DNA from: Candidatus Methylomirabilia bacterium
GTDB taxonomy: Bacteria; Methylomirabilota; Methylomirabilia; Rokubacteriales; CSP1-6
DNA: 48,364 nt
Direction of reading: 5' to 3'
Assembly: GCA_041497895.1 (NCBI GenBank)
Contig: JBGQHJ010000018.1
Span: forward strand, 1-48,364
Shown: positions 28,372 through 39,444 of the stretch, one piece after another
How positions within the stretch are numbered: position 1 is the stretch's first letter
Layout: each line of letters opens with the position of its first letter
The notes under the pieces: generated by a model
Databases searched by the model: none
What the model was told of the DNA's origin: nothing
The model's input: the letters and a program-made list of their open reading frames with translations, nothing else
Translations under genes and position numbers: made by a program

Positions 28372-29436
28372 ATGCGCTTCGGCTGGCTGACCCTGTCGCA
28401 CTCGCCGTCCGCCGACGGCGATCACGCGGCGATCGAGGAGCAGCTCGCCCAGGCCTGCCACGCGGAGGACGTGGGGTTCGACTCGGTGTGGCTCACCGAG
28501 CACAACTTCACCGGCGAGGCGGTCTACTGCGACCCCATCCCGTTCGCGAGCGCGCTGGCGGCGCGCACCGCGCGCGTGCGCATCGGGTTCGCGGTGATCC
28601 AGCTCGCGCTGCGGCACCCGATCCGCCTCGCGGTGCAGCTGGCGCTCCTCGACAACCTGAGCCGGGGACGGCTCGACGTGGGGGTCGGCCGCGGCACGCT
28701 CTACAACGAGTACGAGTTCGTGGGCTACGGGCTGCGCAGCGACGACAGCCGGGAGCGGAGCGCGGAAGCGCTCGAGATGCTGACCCGCGCCTGGACCGAG
28801 GAGCCGTTCGCGTTCCGGGGGAAGTTCTTCCAGGCGAGCTTCCCCGCGCTCCGGCCGCGCGTGTACCAGCGTCCCCACCCGCCGATCTGGCGCAGCGTGG
28901 TGACGCCCGCGTCGTTCGAGGAGTGCGGGCGCCAGGGGGTGCCGATCCTCACCTCGCGGATCCCGCTCGGCGCGATCCCGGAGCGGCTGCGGCTCTACGA
29001 GGAAGGTCTGGTGGCCGGCGGGCACCCGGCCTCGATGCGCGAGCGCCTGCGGCGCGACGTGGCGGTGTGGCGCCACGTGTACGTCGCCCCCAGCCAGGCC
29101 CAGGCCGAGGACGAGCTGGCCGGCACGCTCGCCCACACCCGCCGGCACATGCTCGAGGCGCGCGAGGCCAACAACCCGAGCGACTACCGGGTGGATCCCG
29201 CGGTGGTGAACCCCTTCAACGACCCGCGGGTGTCGGAGGAGGACGCGGTGCGGTTCTCGCTCGCCACCGGGGCGCTCTACGGCACGCCGGCGCGCGTCGC
29301 CGAGCAGGTGGCGGAGCTGCGCGCCGCGGGGGTGCATCACGTGCTGGCCCAGATGAGCTTCGGCTACCTGGGGCACGAGCGCATCATGGCTTCCATGCAG
29401 CGCTTCGGCCTCGAGGTGATGCCCGCGTTCCGGTAG
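28372..29436 (+). CDS. LLM-class flavin-dependent oxidoreductase
   Basis: VWLTEHNF, LDNLSRGRLDVGVGRG, PRVYQRPHPPIW. Confidence 0.9.
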   Translation: MRFGWLTLSHSPSADGDHAAIEEQLAQACHAEDVGFDSVWLTEHNFTGEAVYCDPIPFASALAARTARVRIGFAVIQLALRHPIRLAVQLALLDNLSRGRLDVGVGRGTLYNEYEFVGYGLRSDDSRERSAEALEMLTRAWTEEPFAFRGKFFQASFPALRPRVYQRPHPPIWRSVVTPASFEECGRQGVPILTSRIPLGAIPERLRLYEEGLVAGGHPASMRERLRRDVAVWRHVYVAPSQAQAEDELAGTLAHTRRHMLEAREANNPSDYRVDPAVVNPFNDPRVSEEDAVRFSLATGALYGTPARVAEQVAELRAAGVHHVLAQMSFGYLGHERIMASMQRFGLEVMPAFR

Positions 29437-29509
29437 GGCCCGCCCCGTCCGGCGCGTCTTCTCATTCGGATCTCACCGTCCTCTCATCGGGCGGTGGTAT
29501 CCGGAGCGC

Positions 29510-30718
29510 ATGAGAGCTCCTCGCGGACCCTTCGCCCTCCTCACCCTGGTCGCGCTCGCCGGGATCGCCGTCGCCGGTACCGGACGGCCCGGCGCGACCG
29601 ATTCCTACCAGGCCATCGCCCTGTACGCCGAGGCGATGTCCATCATCCACGACCGGTACGTGGACGAGCTGCCGTGGAGCAAGCTGGTGCAGGATGGCAT
29701 TCGCGGCGCGGTCCAGGGTCTCGACCCGGACAGCACGGTCGTCGCCGCGTCCCCCACCCGCCCGGCGACGACGGGCGCGGGCGACGTCGGGCTCGCCCTG
29801 ACCCGGCGCAACGGGGGTCTGAGCGTGGTCGTGGCCCGTGACGGGATGCCGGCCCAGGCCGCGGGCATCCGAACCGGTGACCGCATCCTCACGCTCGAGG
29901 GCGAGCCGGTCCGGGACATGGCGCCCGACGCGGCCGCGGCGCACCTCCGTGGCCAGCCCGGCAGCCCGATCACGCTCACCGTCATCCGGAGCGGCTGGGC
30001 CGAGCCAAGGCCCTTCACCCTCACCCGGGTCAAGACGCCCCGGGTGGACATGAGCGAGCGGGCCCTGGGGAACGGCATCCTCTACGTGCGGCTCCCGCGC
30101 CTCGACGACGCGACCGCGGGCGCGCTCGCGCACGTGCTCCAGACCACACCCGCGGAGCAGGCCACCGGGCTCGTGCTCGACCTGCGGGATATTCTGGGCG
30201 GCCGGATCGAGGCGGTCCCGGCGATCGCGTCCCTGTTCCTCGATCCGGGCTGCCTCGTGGCTCGCGTCGAGAGCCGCGCGGCGGGCGGCCCGACGGCCCT
30301 CACGACCACCGCGGCGGCGATCCGGTGGACGCGGCCGCTGGCGATCCTGGTGAGCCCGGGCACCGCGTCGGCCGCCGAGGTGCTCGCGGGGGCGATGCAG
30401 GACAGCCGGCGCGCGGTCATCGTGGGTGGTCCCACGTTCGGCGACGCCACGAGCCGGTCCGCCATCCCGCTCGCGGACGGCTCCACGCTCGAGCTCACGA
30501 CGGCCCGGTACCTGACGCCCGAGCGTCACCCGATCACCGGGCACGGCATCGCTCCCGACGTGGTCGCGACCGCGGCGAGCCCGGGCGCGGATTCCGAGCT
30601 GGAGCTGGCCTTCGAGGTGGTGAAGGCGGCGAGCATTCTCGAGCACGACTCGGCCGGCGGGACCGGGCCGGCCCCCATCCAGGCCGCGCTCGGCCGCTGC
30701 GAGGCGCCCGCCAGCTGA
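29510..30718 (+). CDS. S41/CtpA C-terminal protease homolog with PDZ domain, catalytic Lys replaced by Asp
   Basis: LDPDS, PDZ, LVLDLR, TASAAEVLAGAMQD, TFGDA instead of TFGKG, LTTARY. Confidence 0.85.
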   Translation: MRAPRGPFALLTLVALAGIAVAGTGRPGATDSYQAIALYAEAMSIIHDRYVDELPWSKLVQDGIRGAVQGLDPDSTVVAASPTRPATTGAGDVGLALTRRNGGLSVVVARDGMPAQAAGIRTGDRILTLEGEPVRDMAPDAAAAHLRGQPGSPITLTVIRSGWAEPRPFTLTRVKTPRVDMSERALGNGILYVRLPRLDDATAGALAHVLQTTPAEQATGLVLDLRDILGGRIEAVPAIASLFLDPGCLVARVESRAAGGPTALTTTAAAIRWTRPLAILVSPGTASAAEVLAGAMQDSRRAVIVGGPTFGDATSRSAIPLADGSTLELTTARYLTPERHPITGHGIAPDVVATAASPGADSELELAFEVVKAASILEHDSAGGTGPAPIQAALGRCEAPAS

Positions 30719-30747
30719 GCAGTGACTCGTTTCCCAGGAGGTGCGCG

Positions 30748-31230
30748 ATGGATATCATCCGGGCCGGTCTCGCGGTGCTGGCGGTGACGTTGCTCGGGGC
30801 GAGTGGAGCGGGAGCGGCGGAGCAGGTCTACACCGCGAAGCTCGACGGCGCGTCCGAGGTTCCCAGGACCCAGAGCAAGTCGACCGCGGCGGCGACCTTC
30901 ACCGTCTCCCCGGACGGCACCAAGATCGCGTACACGCTCACGGTGCACGATCTCGGCGACATCACGATGGCGCACATCCACCTGGGGACCGCCGGCAAGA
31001 ACGGCCCGGTGGTGGTCTGGCTCTACCCCGCCTCGGGGAAGCCCTCGCTGATCAAGGGTCAGGAGAACGGCGAGCTCGCGACGGGGGAGATCACCGCGGC
31101 GAGCCTGAGGGGGCCGGAGAAGGACAAGGCGCTCAGCGTGCTCGTCAAGGCGATCCAGGCCGGCGACGCCTACGTGAACATCCACACCGCCCTGCACAAG
31201 GCGGGCGAGGTTCGCGGGCAGATCAAGTAG
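30748..31230 (+). CDS. Secreted CHRD domain protein
   Basis: LDGASEVP, MAHIHLG, NGPVV, AYVNIHT, GEVRGQI; AGGAGG RBS. Confidence 0.9.
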   Translation: MDIIRAGLAVLAVTLLGASGAGAAEQVYTAKLDGASEVPRTQSKSTAAATFTVSPDGTKIAYTLTVHDLGDITMAHIHLGTAGKNGPVVVWLYPASGKPSLIKGQENGELATGEITAASLRGPEKDKALSVLVKAIQAGDAYVNIHTALHKAGEVRGQIK

Positions 31231-31311
31231 GCCGTCGCGGGCCGGTCAGGCCCACGACGGGGATCCGCGGCGCGCGACCGCGGGCGGGGCCGGTGGTACG
31301 ATGCCGCCACC

Positions 31312-31521
31312 ATGGCCTCGCTCCACCCCTGGCATCGCTTGAGCGTCCGGTCGGTTCGGCTGCGCGTGCGCTACCCCGGGGCCGGCGCCGAGTCCCGTGA
31401 TCTCTACGCCAAGGTCGTGGGCGTGGAAGCCGGCGACGGCGTCCATCGCGCGCGGGTCCACCTGACGTCGGTCGACGCGGTCGATCGCCGGGCCATCGAG
31501 TCACTCATCACCCGAGTCTAG
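31312..31521 (+). CDS. Short hypothetical protein, possible PilZ-like C-terminal remnant
   Basis: DLYAKVV...RVHLTSVD...RRAIE resembles the second half of a PilZ-type barrel; no clear RBS. Confidence 0.4.
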   Translation: MASLHPWHRLSVRSVRLRVRYPGAGAESRDLYAKVVGVEAGDGVHRARVHLTSVDAVDRRAIESLITRV

Positions 31522-31531
31522 GAGCGCTCCC

Positions 31532-32464
31532 ATGCGAATCGCGAACGACGTGACCGCCCTCGTCGGCAACACGCCCCTGGTCCGGATCCGGCGCCTCACC
31601 GAGGGCGCGGCCGGCCAGGTGGTCGCCAAGCTCGAGTTCTACAGCCCGGCCCACAGCGTCAAGGACCGGATCGGGGTGTCGATGATCGACGCGGCCGAGA
31701 AGGCCGGCCGCATCAAGCCCGACACCATCATCCTCGAGCCGACCAGCGGCAACACCGGCATCGGGCTGGCCTTCGTCTGCGCGGCCCGCGGCTACAAGCT
31801 CGCGCTGCTGATGCCCGACAGCATGAGCAAGGAGCGACGCATGCTCCTGCGCGCCTACGGGGCGGACCTGATCCTGACCCCGGCCGCCGAGGGGATGCCC
31901 GGCGCGATCAAGCGCGCCGAGGAGATGGCCGCGGGCGACTCGCGCTACTTCATCCCCCAGCAGTTCGAGAACCCGGCGAACCCCGAGATCCACCGGCGCA
32001 CCACCGCCGAGGAGATCTGGCGCGACACCGACGGCCAGGCCGATATCCTGGTGGCCGGCATCGGCACCGGGGGCACGATCACCGGGGTGGGCGAGGTGCT
32101 CAAGGCGCGCAAGCCATCGTTCCGCTGCGTCGCCGTCGAGCCGGACGCCTCTGCGGTCCTCTCGGGCGGCGTCAAGGGCCCCCATCCCATCCAGGGCATC
32201 GGCGCGGGCTTCGTGCCCGCGGTCCTCAACACCAAGATCTACGACGAGATCATCCGGGTGAAGAACGACGACGCGTTCGCCTTCGCGCGGCGGGCCGCGC
32301 GCGAGGAGGGCCTCCTGGTGGGCATCTCCTCGGGGGCCGCCCTCTGGGCCGCGGTCGAGGTGGCGCGCCGGTCCGCGAGCGCCGGCAAGATGATCGTGGT
32401 GATCATCCCGTCCTTCGGGGAGCGCTACCTCACCACCCCGCTCTACGCGGATCTGGCCGACTAG
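31532..32464 (+). CDS. cysK: Cysteine synthase A
   Basis: GNTPLV, SVKDRIG (PLP Lys), PTSGNTG, GTGGT, QGIGAG, PSFGERY. Confidence 0.95.
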   Translation: MRIANDVTALVGNTPLVRIRRLTEGAAGQVVAKLEFYSPAHSVKDRIGVSMIDAAEKAGRIKPDTIILEPTSGNTGIGLAFVCAARGYKLALLMPDSMSKERRMLLRAYGADLILTPAAEGMPGAIKRAEEMAAGDSRYFIPQQFENPANPEIHRRTTAEEIWRDTDGQADILVAGIGTGGTITGVGEVLKARKPSFRCVAVEPDASAVLSGGVKGPHPIQGIGAGFVPAVLNTKIYDEIIRVKNDDAFAFARRAAREEGLLVGISSGAALWAAVEVARRSASAGKMIVVIIPSFGERYLTTPLYADLAD

Positions 32465-32474
32465 CCGGGTCCGA

Positions 32475-34439
32475 CTAGGCCGCGCGGAGGTACTTGGCGA
32501 ACCACTCGAGCAGGATCCGGAAGCGCTCGAGACGGTGGCGCGGCTTGCCGGAGCGCGTCAGCTCGTGGTTCTCGTCGGGGAAGCGGACGAAGACGACCTC
32601 GCGCCGGAGGGTCTTGAGCGCGACGAAGAGCTGCTCGGCCTGCTCGATCGGGCAGCGCAGGTCGTCCTCGGAGTGCAGGATCAGGAGCGGGGTCGTGATC
32701 TCCTTGGCGTAGGTGAGCGGCGACCGCTCGAGGTACTTCGCCATGTCCTCCCAGGGCAGGACCCCGCCCAGCTCCACCTGGTTGAAGACGAACCCGATAT
32801 CGCTGGTGCCGAACATGCTGGTCTGCACGTTGACCGCGCGCTCCGAGCACGCGGCCCGGAACCGCTTGGAGTGACCCACGATCCAGCTGCTCATGAACCC
32901 GCCGTAGCTGCCGCCGAGCAGGCCGAGGCGCTCGGGGTCGATCCAGTCGAAGCGGCGCAGCGCCTCGTCGAGGGCCGCCTGCACGTCGGCGGCGTCGCCG
33001 CCGCCCCAGTCGCCGACGACCGCGGAGGTGAAGGCCTCGCCGTAGCCCTGGCTGCCACGGGGATTGGCGTACAGCACGCCGTAGCCCGCGCCGGTCTGGA
33101 CCTGGAACTCGTCGAAGAAGGGATAGCCGTACTGGGCGTGGGGGCCGCCGTGGACGTTCAGCAGCAGCGGATAGCGGCGGCCCGGCTCGAGCCCGTGGGG
33201 CTGCATGATCCAGGCGTCCACCGTGAAGCCGGCGCGCTCGAAGCGGAACCGCTCCGGTCGAGCGAGCGCGACCTCGCGGGTGAAGGCGTGGTTGAGATCG
33301 GTGAGCCGACGCTCGCCGCCGCCGTCGGCCCCGCACACGAACACCTCGGCGGGCGCGCCGGGCTCGCTCGCGGTGAACGCGAGGACCCCGCCGTCGCGCG
33401 CGGCCGAGTAGCTGCCGACCACGCGCTCGCCGGCCACCACGCGGCGCGGGGGCCCATCTCCCGGCCCGACCCGGAAGAGCCCGAGGCTGCCCTGGTCCTC
33501 CGCGGCGATCGTGAGGGCACGGCCGTCGCCGCTCCACATCGGCTGGACGCCGAGCGGCCCGCAGGAGCGGTCGAAGCCCGCGGTCCGGCACTCGGGGGCG
33601 CCGCCCGTCACGGGAACGGTGAAGAGCCGGAGGTTGCGACCGAAGGCGTTGCGACTCGCGCGGCCCACGTAGGCGACCACGTCCCCGGCGGGGGAGAAGG
33701 TGGGATGGCCGGCCGGCCCCTGGGTCCCGGTCAGCCGTCGCGGCGCGCCGCCCTCCGCGGCGATCAGCCAGATGTCGCTCGCGTCGTCGTGGTCGCGCTC
33801 GTCGTGGCGCGCGGAGGCGAAGACGAGCGCGCGGCCGTCGGGCGACCAGGCCGGATCCGCGTGGTCGTAATCGCCATCGGTCACCTGGCGCGGCTCGCCC
33901 CCGTCGGCGGCCACCGTGAAGATCTGCGGCCGCCGGTCGTAGGTGAAGCCCTCGCCGTTGAACCGGTACTTGAGCGTGGTGAGGACGCGCGGGGGGCGCG
34001 ACTTCCGCTTCTCCTCATCGGACTCGGGCTCCACCCAGCCGCCCACGCGCGAGACGAAGGCCAGGCGGCTCCCGTCGGGCGACCACTCGGGAGCGCTCAC
34101 GCCGTGACGGAGATCGGTCAGGCGCGTCGGTTCGCCGCCGGCCACCGGCATCACATAGAGCTGGCCCTTCTTCTTGGCCTCGCGCTCGGAGACGAACGCC
34201 AGGCGCGCGCCGTCGGGAGACCAGCGCGGCGCGGTGTCGCGTCGCGGTCCGGTGGTGAAGCGCCGGGGGTCTCCGCCCGCGGCGTCCACCAGCCAGATCT
34301 GGGAGAGATACTCGTCCCGCTCCTCGGAGAGCGTGGTGACGACGAAGGCGACGATGCGGCCGTCGGGCGAGACCCGGGCGTCGCTCACGAAAAGGATGCG
34401 GGTGAGGTCGGCGGGCACCATGCCGCGGGACGGGGTCAT
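32475..34439 (-). CDS. S9 family acylaminoacyl/dipeptidyl peptidase
   Basis: PD40-like propeller repeats (WSPDG), VHGGP, GGSYGG, DLRCP, ENH. Confidence 0.92.
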   Translation of the reverse strand: MTPSRGMVPADLTRILFVSDARVSPDGRIVAFVVTTLSEERDEYLSQIWLVDAAGGDPRRFTTGPRRDTAPRWSPDGARLAFVSEREAKKKGQLYVMPVAGGEPTRLTDLRHGVSAPEWSPDGSRLAFVSRVGGWVEPESDEEKRKSRPPRVLTTLKYRFNGEGFTYDRRPQIFTVAADGGEPRQVTDGDYDHADPAWSPDGRALVFASARHDERDHDDASDIWLIAAEGGAPRRLTGTQGPAGHPTFSPAGDVVAYVGRASRNAFGRNLRLFTVPVTGGAPECRTAGFDRSCGPLGVQPMWSGDGRALTIAAEDQGSLGLFRVGPGDGPPRRVVAGERVVGSYSAARDGGVLAFTASEPGAPAEVFVCGADGGGERRLTDLNHAFTREVALARPERFRFERAGFTVDAWIMQPHGLEPGRRYPLLLNVHGGPHAQYGYPFFDEFQVQTGAGYGVLYANPRGSQGYGEAFTSAVVGDWGGGDAADVQAALDEALRRFDWIDPERLGLLGGSYGGFMSSWIVGHSKRFRAACSERAVNVQTSMFGTSDIGFVFNQVELGGVLPWEDMAKYLERSPLTYAKEITTPLLILHSEDDLRCPIEQAEQLFVALKTLRREVVFVRFPDENHELTRSGKPRHRLERFRILLEWFAKYLRAA

Positions 34440-34482
34440 CGCGACCGCATCATACCGCGAGCGCTCAGGCCCGGGGAGCGGT

Positions 34483-34680
34483 CTACTCGGCGTCGGGCTC
34501 GCAGTCGCTCGCGCGGAACAGCAGGCCGTAGGCGCGGACGCCGCAGGTCGGGGGCTCGACCTTCCAGGCCGCCCGCCACCCGGCGACCGCGCGGCGCGCG
34601 TGAGCGGTGACCACCGGGTTCATGCAGACCAGCCAGCCGATCAGCACCCAGGTCGCGCAGCGGATGAGGAAGGCCATCAT
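34483..34680 (-). CDS. Small hypothetical membrane/secreted protein
   Basis: MMAFLIRCATWVLIGWLVCM...; lies just downstream of a sigma-54 motif. Confidence 0.45.
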   Translation of the reverse strand: MMAFLIRCATWVLIGWLVCMNPVVTAHARRAVAGWRAAWKVEPPTCGVRAYGLLFRASDCEPDAE

Positions 34681-34705
34681 GGCGTGGTTCACCCGTCCGG
34701 TCTGC

Positions 34706-34722
34706 GGCAAGGGTGATGCCAG
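34706..34722 (-). promoter_or_regulatory. Sigma-54 (-24/-12) promoter
   Basis: Minus strand CTGGCATCACCCTTGCC = GG-N10-GC. Confidence 0.6.
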
Positions 34723-34875
34723 TGGCCGCCGGCTCGTGCGATCGCGCACTTGCGCCGGGGCGGCCCGGGAGCGCTGACGCTCTCCGTCACCGGGTGTCCC
34801 AGGCGAGCCTGGGAGAGACCGGCGCTAGGCCGGGAAAACGCGGTGGGCGACAATACGGGGACAGGAGGATCCCTC

Positions 34876-35382
34876 ATGCTCGCCTTGCTCGTCGCATTGA
34901 TCGCGCTCCTGGCCGCGGCCCCCGCCGCCCTAGCGCAGGTTCAGGTGCACGTCGACATCGGCATCCACCTCCCGGCGCCACCCCGGCTGATCGTGGTGCC
35001 GCAGGTGCCGGCGGTGCAGTACGTACCGGCGCCGGCCGCGCCAAGCAATCTCTTCTTCTACAACGGCCAGTACTGGGCGTTCGCCACGGGTGGGTGGTAC
35101 GTGAGCGGCGGCTACAACGGCCCCTGGGTCGTCGTCGCGCCCCAGTTCGTGCCGCGGCCGGTCCTGCTCGTGCCGGTGCAGTACTACCACGTGCCGCCCA
35201 GCCACTGGAAGCAATGGGAGCGGGCCCGCGCCCCGCACTGGAAGGAAGAGTGGGGCCCGGAGTGGGCCGACAAGCGCGGCTGGAAGGAGCGCGACCAGGG
35301 CCGTGATCGCGACCGGGGCCGGGACGACGACGACCGCCCGGGCCGCGGGAAGGGCAAGGGGAAGGGGCACGGGCGGGACTAG
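34876..35382 (+). CDS. Secreted Pro/Trp-rich protein (YXWGXW-like) with charged tail
   Basis: Signal peptide, VHVDIGI-PAPP, FYNGQYW, GPW; AGGAGG RBS. Confidence 0.75.
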   Translation: MLALLVALIALLAAAPAALAQVQVHVDIGIHLPAPPRLIVVPQVPAVQYVPAPAAPSNLFFYNGQYWAFATGGWYVSGGYNGPWVVVAPQFVPRPVLLVPVQYYHVPPSHWKQWERARAPHWKEEWGPEWADKRGWKERDQGRDRDRGRDDDDRPGRGKGKGKGHGRD

Positions 35383-35390
35383 GCGGTCGT

Positions 35391-36503
35391 CTAGTCCTCT
35401 AGCAGCACGCAGTGGCGGGGCTCGACGGTGAGGTAGACCGTCTGGCCCTCGTCCACCGGATCCACCGTCACGCCCCGCACCACCAGCGTCCGGCCGTCCC
35501 AGTCGACGTGGTACTGGGTGAAGTCGCCCTGGAAGACGCGCCGGCGCACCGCGACCGGCCACACGTTGACGCCGGCGGCCGGACGCTCGCGGGAGAGCCG
35601 CACGTGCACGGTGCGTACCGAGAAGCACGCACGCGCGCCCACCCGTCGCCCGTACGCGGTGCCATGGACGATCGCGCCCCCCGGCGTCTCGAGGGCCACC
35701 AGGCCCGGGCCGGCCAGCTCCGGTCGCGGCCGGCCCTCGATCAGGTTGGCCGAGCCGACGAAGTCGGCGACGAACGGGTTGCGGGGCAGGTCGTAGATCT
35801 CGGCGGGCGTGCCGATCTGCTCGATCGCCCCGTCCCGCATGACCACGATGCGGTCGGAGATCGCGAGGGCTTCCTCCAGGTCGTGGGTCACGTACACCGA
35901 GGTGATGCCGAGCGCCCGCTGCAGCTCCTTGATCTCGAGCCGCATCTCGGCGCGCAGCTTCGCGTCCAGGTTGCTGAGCGGCTCGTCGAAGAGCAGCACC
36001 GCGGGCCCGAACACGAAGGCGCGCGCCAGCGCCACCCGCTGCTGCTGGCCGCCCGACAGCTTCGAGGCGCTGCGGGCCGCCAGCTCGCCCATCTGCACCA
36101 GGCCGAGCGCCCGGCCGACCCGCTCCGCCACCTCCACCTGCGGCAGCTTCCGTACCCGCAGGCCGTAGGCCACGTTGTCGAACACGGTCATGTGGGGCCA
36201 GATCGCGTAGGACTGGAACACCATCGAGAGACCGCGCTGCTCGGGGGGCACGCGGACGCGCGGGGTCGACGAGAAGACCGGCTTGCCGTCGATGCGGATC
36301 TCGCCCGACTCGGGCTGCTCGAGCCCGGCGATGGCCCGGAGGGTGGTCGTCTTGCCGCAGCCCGACGGCCCGAGGAGGGTCACGTGCTCGCCCGCCGCCA
36401 CGTGAAAGCCGACCCCCCGCACCGCGGTGACCGCGCCGTAGCGGACGACGAGGTCGCGGACCTCGATGGAGGCGCGGCGTCCCGGCGCGAGCGGATCGGT
36501 CAC
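35391..36503 (-). CDS. ABC transporter ATP-binding protein (FbpC/PotA type, TOBE domain)
   Basis: [28 protein letters not shown] start (36503 or 36509). Confidence 0.92.
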   Translation of the reverse strand: MTDPLAPGRRASIEVRDLVVRYGAVTAVRGVGFHVAAGEHVTLLGPSGCGKTTTLRAIAGLEQPESGEIRIDGKPVFSSTPRVRVPPEQRGLSMVFQSYAIWPHMTVFDNVAYGLRVRKLPQVEVAERVGRALGLVQMGELAARSASKLSGGQQQRVALARAFVFGPAVLLFDEPLSNLDAKLRAEMRLEIKELQRALGITSVYVTHDLEEALAISDRIVVMRDGAIEQIGTPAEIYDLPRNPFVADFVGSANLIEGRPRPELAGPGLVALETPGGAIVHGTAYGRRVGARACFSVRTVHVRLSRERPAAGVNVWPVAVRRRVFQGDFTQYHVDWDGRTLVVRGVTVDPVDEGQTVYLTVEPRHCVLLED

Positions 36504-36505
36504 CC

Positions 36506-38206
36506 TCACTCTCCCGGCGGCTGGGTGGCTCGCCGGGCCACCGTGAACAGCAACCCCAGGGCCACCGACACCGCCAGGGTCTGCAGCAGGGCCATGGCCG
36601 CGGTCAGCTCGGTGCTGGTCGAGAACCACGACTCGACGATGGTGGGCGTGATGACCTTGGCCTTGGGGCCCATCAGCAAGATCGAGGCGCCGAGCTCGCG
36701 GACGCTCGCGATGAACAGCAGCAGCCACGCCGCGATCAGCCCGGGGCGCAGGAGCGGCATGGTGACGGTGCGCATCCGGTAGCCCCACGACGCCCCGCAC
36801 ATCTGGGCCGACTCCTCGAGCGAGCGGTCGATCTGCAGCATCACCCCCGCGATGGTGCGGAGGCCCAGGGGCAGGAACACGGTGAGGTAGGCGATGAGGA
36901 GCAGCCAGAGCGTGCCGTAGATGGGGATCGGGAAGATCAGCCAGGCCCACAGCATGCCGAAGGCGAACACGAGCCGCGGCACCGCCTGCGGGAACATCAG
37001 CACGTACTCGATCACGCCCACCCCGGGCAGCCGCGACCGGTAGATCATCCACGCGAGGAAGCCCATCAGCACCACGCCGATGCTCGCGGTGGCGAGGCCC
37101 AGGAGCAGGCTGTTCCACAGCGCGGTCCGCACCGCGTCGAGGGAGAACGCGGTCTCGTAGTTGGCGAGCGTGAAGTTGCCCGCGCGCGGGAACGCGGTGG
37201 CGAGGCGCTGGACCGACGCGTAGAGGAGCGTGACCACCGGCAGCGCCACCGCGACGGCCAGGTAGGCGACGCACACCCCGAGGAGCGGCCAGCGCAGGCC
37301 GGCCACGTCCATGGCGCGGGCCCGGAAGGCCTTGCCGGTGATCGTCGCGTAGCTGCCCGCGCGGACGACGCGGCGATAGACGTACACCATCGCGAACATG
37401 ACCCCGAAGAGGGAGACGCCCATCGCGGCCGCGCGCGGGAACTGCGGCGGGTACTGGGAGACGAGCTGGTACATCGCGGTCGTCACCACGTAGAAGCGGC
37501 TCGGCAGCCCGAGCACGAGCGCGGCCGAGAACGAGCTCAGCATCTCCGCGAACACGAAGATGGCGGCGCCCAGCACGCCGGGCAGCACGAGCGGCAGCGT
37601 GATGCGCAGCATGGTCCGGAGACGGCCCGCCCCCAGCACCTGCGAGGCCTCCTCGAGGGCGGGATCCATCGACTTCATCACCGCGCCGATCATCACGAAG
37701 GCCACCGAGCCCTCGAAGAGGGCCATCACCCACGCGATGCCGTAGGGAGTGGTCACGTCGATGAGGTGGTCGTGGCCGCCCGCGGCCCGCCAGACCTGGT
37801 TCAGGAACCCGCCGCTGGGCGAGCCGATGAGGCTCCAGGCGAGCGCGCCCATGAGGGGGGTCACGTAGTAGGGCAGGGCCATGAGTTGCTCGAGCGCGCC
37901 GCGGCCGGGCACGTTGGTGCGCGAGAGGATCCAGCCCATCACGAAGCCCACCACGACCGCCATCGCCGTCGCGGCGACCGCGACGGTCACGGTGTTGGCG
38001 AAGATGTGGCCGTAGCGCGGCAGGTCCGCGAAGTTGTCGAGCCCGTAGGCCTCGGGCGGCCGGGCCTGCGGATCGCCGACGCTCAGCGAGGCCTGGATCA
38101 GGAATGCGATCGGGTAGAGGACGAGGACCGCGGCCGCGCCGCCCACCAGCACGCTGACGAGCCGCGGGCCCGGCCGAAAGCGCCGGGCCCGCGCGAGATC
38201 CGCCAC
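36506..38206 (-). CDS. ABC transporter permease (FbpB/ThiP type, two modules)
   Basis: Two EAA loops ([20 protein letters not shown]), about 12 TM. Confidence 0.92.
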   Translation of the reverse strand: MADLARARRFRPGPRLVSVLVGGAAAVLVLYPIAFLIQASLSVGDPQARPPEAYGLDNFADLPRYGHIFANTVTVAVAATAMAVVVGFVMGWILSRTNVPGRGALEQLMALPYYVTPLMGALAWSLIGSPSGGFLNQVWRAAGGHDHLIDVTTPYGIAWVMALFEGSVAFVMIGAVMKSMDPALEEASQVLGAGRLRTMLRITLPLVLPGVLGAAIFVFAEMLSSFSAALVLGLPSRFYVVTTAMYQLVSQYPPQFPRAAAMGVSLFGVMFAMVYVYRRVVRAGSYATITGKAFRARAMDVAGLRWPLLGVCVAYLAVAVALPVVTLLYASVQRLATAFPRAGNFTLANYETAFSLDAVRTALWNSLLLGLATASIGVVLMGFLAWMIYRSRLPGVGVIEYVLMFPQAVPRLVFAFGMLWAWLIFPIPIYGTLWLLLIAYLTVFLPLGLRTIAGVMLQIDRSLEESAQMCGASWGYRMRTVTMPLLRPGLIAAWLLLFIASVRELGASILLMGPKAKVITPTIVESWFSTSTELTAAMALLQTLAVSVALGLLFTVARRATQPPGE

Positions 38207-38221
38207 CGGGTCGTCCCGGCC

Positions 38222-39325
38222 TCAGAGCCCCATCATCGCGTTCCACTCCTTGACGAAGGCGCCGTGACTGGCCTGGAAGTCGGCCCAGTCGGAGGGGAAG
38301 AGGAGCTTGAAGTCGGCGAGCTTCTTGCCGGTCGCCATCGGCGGCGCGTCGCTCCGGACCGAGCAGTAGAGCAGGATGGTCTGGGTCTGGTACACCGACT
38401 GGCCCCGGTTCGAGATCGCCCAGTCCACGAAGAGCTTGGCCGCCTCCGGGTGGGGCGCGCGGTTGACCACGCCGATGAGCGCGGGGGTCGCGGGCAGGCC
38501 GTCGGCCGGGGCCACGAAGTCGATCTCCGCGCCCTTCTCCTTGAAGAGGGTGTAGCCCGCGTACTCGGCGAGCGCGCACACCCGGTCGTCGCCCTTGGCG
38601 AGCCGGTCGAAGAGCTGGGCGCGCGAGTCGAAGCCCTTGGGCCGCTGCTTGGCGAACTCCGGCCAGAAGTCGGCGCCGTAGAGCTTGCGCAGCGTGTACC
38701 ACTGCATGTGCTGCATGCCCGAGGTCGAGAGCTTGGCGCTGATGCCGTCCTTGTAGGCCGGGCTCAGGATGTCCTTCCACGTCTTCGGGGCCTGCTCCGC
38801 CTTCACCTTGCCGCGGTTGTAGGCGATGCCCGCGAAGGTGACGCCGGCCCACGTGAAGTAGCCGCCGGGCGTGCTCTGGTAGGCGGGCTTGAAGGCGGCG
38901 TGCTCCGGGGATACGTACTGCTCGTAGCCGCCCTTCTTCTGGAAGTCGATGGCGGGGGAGATGTCGGAGAGCTGTAGCACGTCGACGCCGAAGCGGCTGG
39001 CCGAGCGCTCCGCGGTGATCTTGGCGTAGAGCGCCCCGGTCTGGGCGCGCACGTAGTTGGTCTTGATCTTGGGAAAGTCCTTGCGGAAGCCCTCGAGGAG
39101 GGCCGCGATGCCGGCCTCGCCGTCGTGGCCGTAGTAGACGATCTCGCCTTCCTGCTCCGCCTTCGCGACGTCCGCGCCGGTGTGGAAGTCGAGCACCTTG
39201 GTGCTCTTCGCGGGGCTCTGGGCGGCGGCGGGGCGAATCGCGCCCAGGAGGGGCGCGGCGGCCAGCAGCGCGCCCGCCTTCAGGATCTGACGACGACCGA
39301 CGCCATCGGGCTCGTGATCGGACAT
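38222..39325 (-). CDS. ABC transporter substrate-binding protein, Tat-exported
   Basis: GRRQILK twin-arginine signal; [32 protein letters not shown]. Confidence 0.9.
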   Translation of the reverse strand: MSDHEPDGVGRRQILKAGALLAAAPLLGAIRPAAAQSPAKSTKVLDFHTGADVAKAEQEGEIVYYGHDGEAGIAALLEGFRKDFPKIKTNYVRAQTGALYAKITAERSASRFGVDVLQLSDISPAIDFQKKGGYEQYVSPEHAAFKPAYQSTPGGYFTWAGVTFAGIAYNRGKVKAEQAPKTWKDILSPAYKDGISAKLSTSGMQHMQWYTLRKLYGADFWPEFAKQRPKGFDSRAQLFDRLAKGDDRVCALAEYAGYTLFKEKGAEIDFVAPADGLPATPALIGVVNRAPHPEAAKLFVDWAISNRGQSVYQTQTILLYCSVRSDAPPMATGKKLADFKLLFPSDWADFQASHGAFVKEWNAMMGL

Positions 39326-39444
39326 GGGGGCTCGTCCTCCTCGACGGGGATTGAGCGGGAGCGGTTCCGTGCTCCCGCGGAATTGCCGGTAGCATATGCC
39401 AGATCGCCCGCGCCGCCGCCGGGTTTTTGGCGGCCGCGCCGCCA

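Noticed and set aside
35391..39395. 1334-aa ORF as one giant fusion (likewise 20829..24077, 18250..20796, 38222..40684)
   Set aside because: N-terminal parts are Arg/Pro/Gly-rich off-frame shadows of real genes in high-GC DNA; only the C-terminal parts are real
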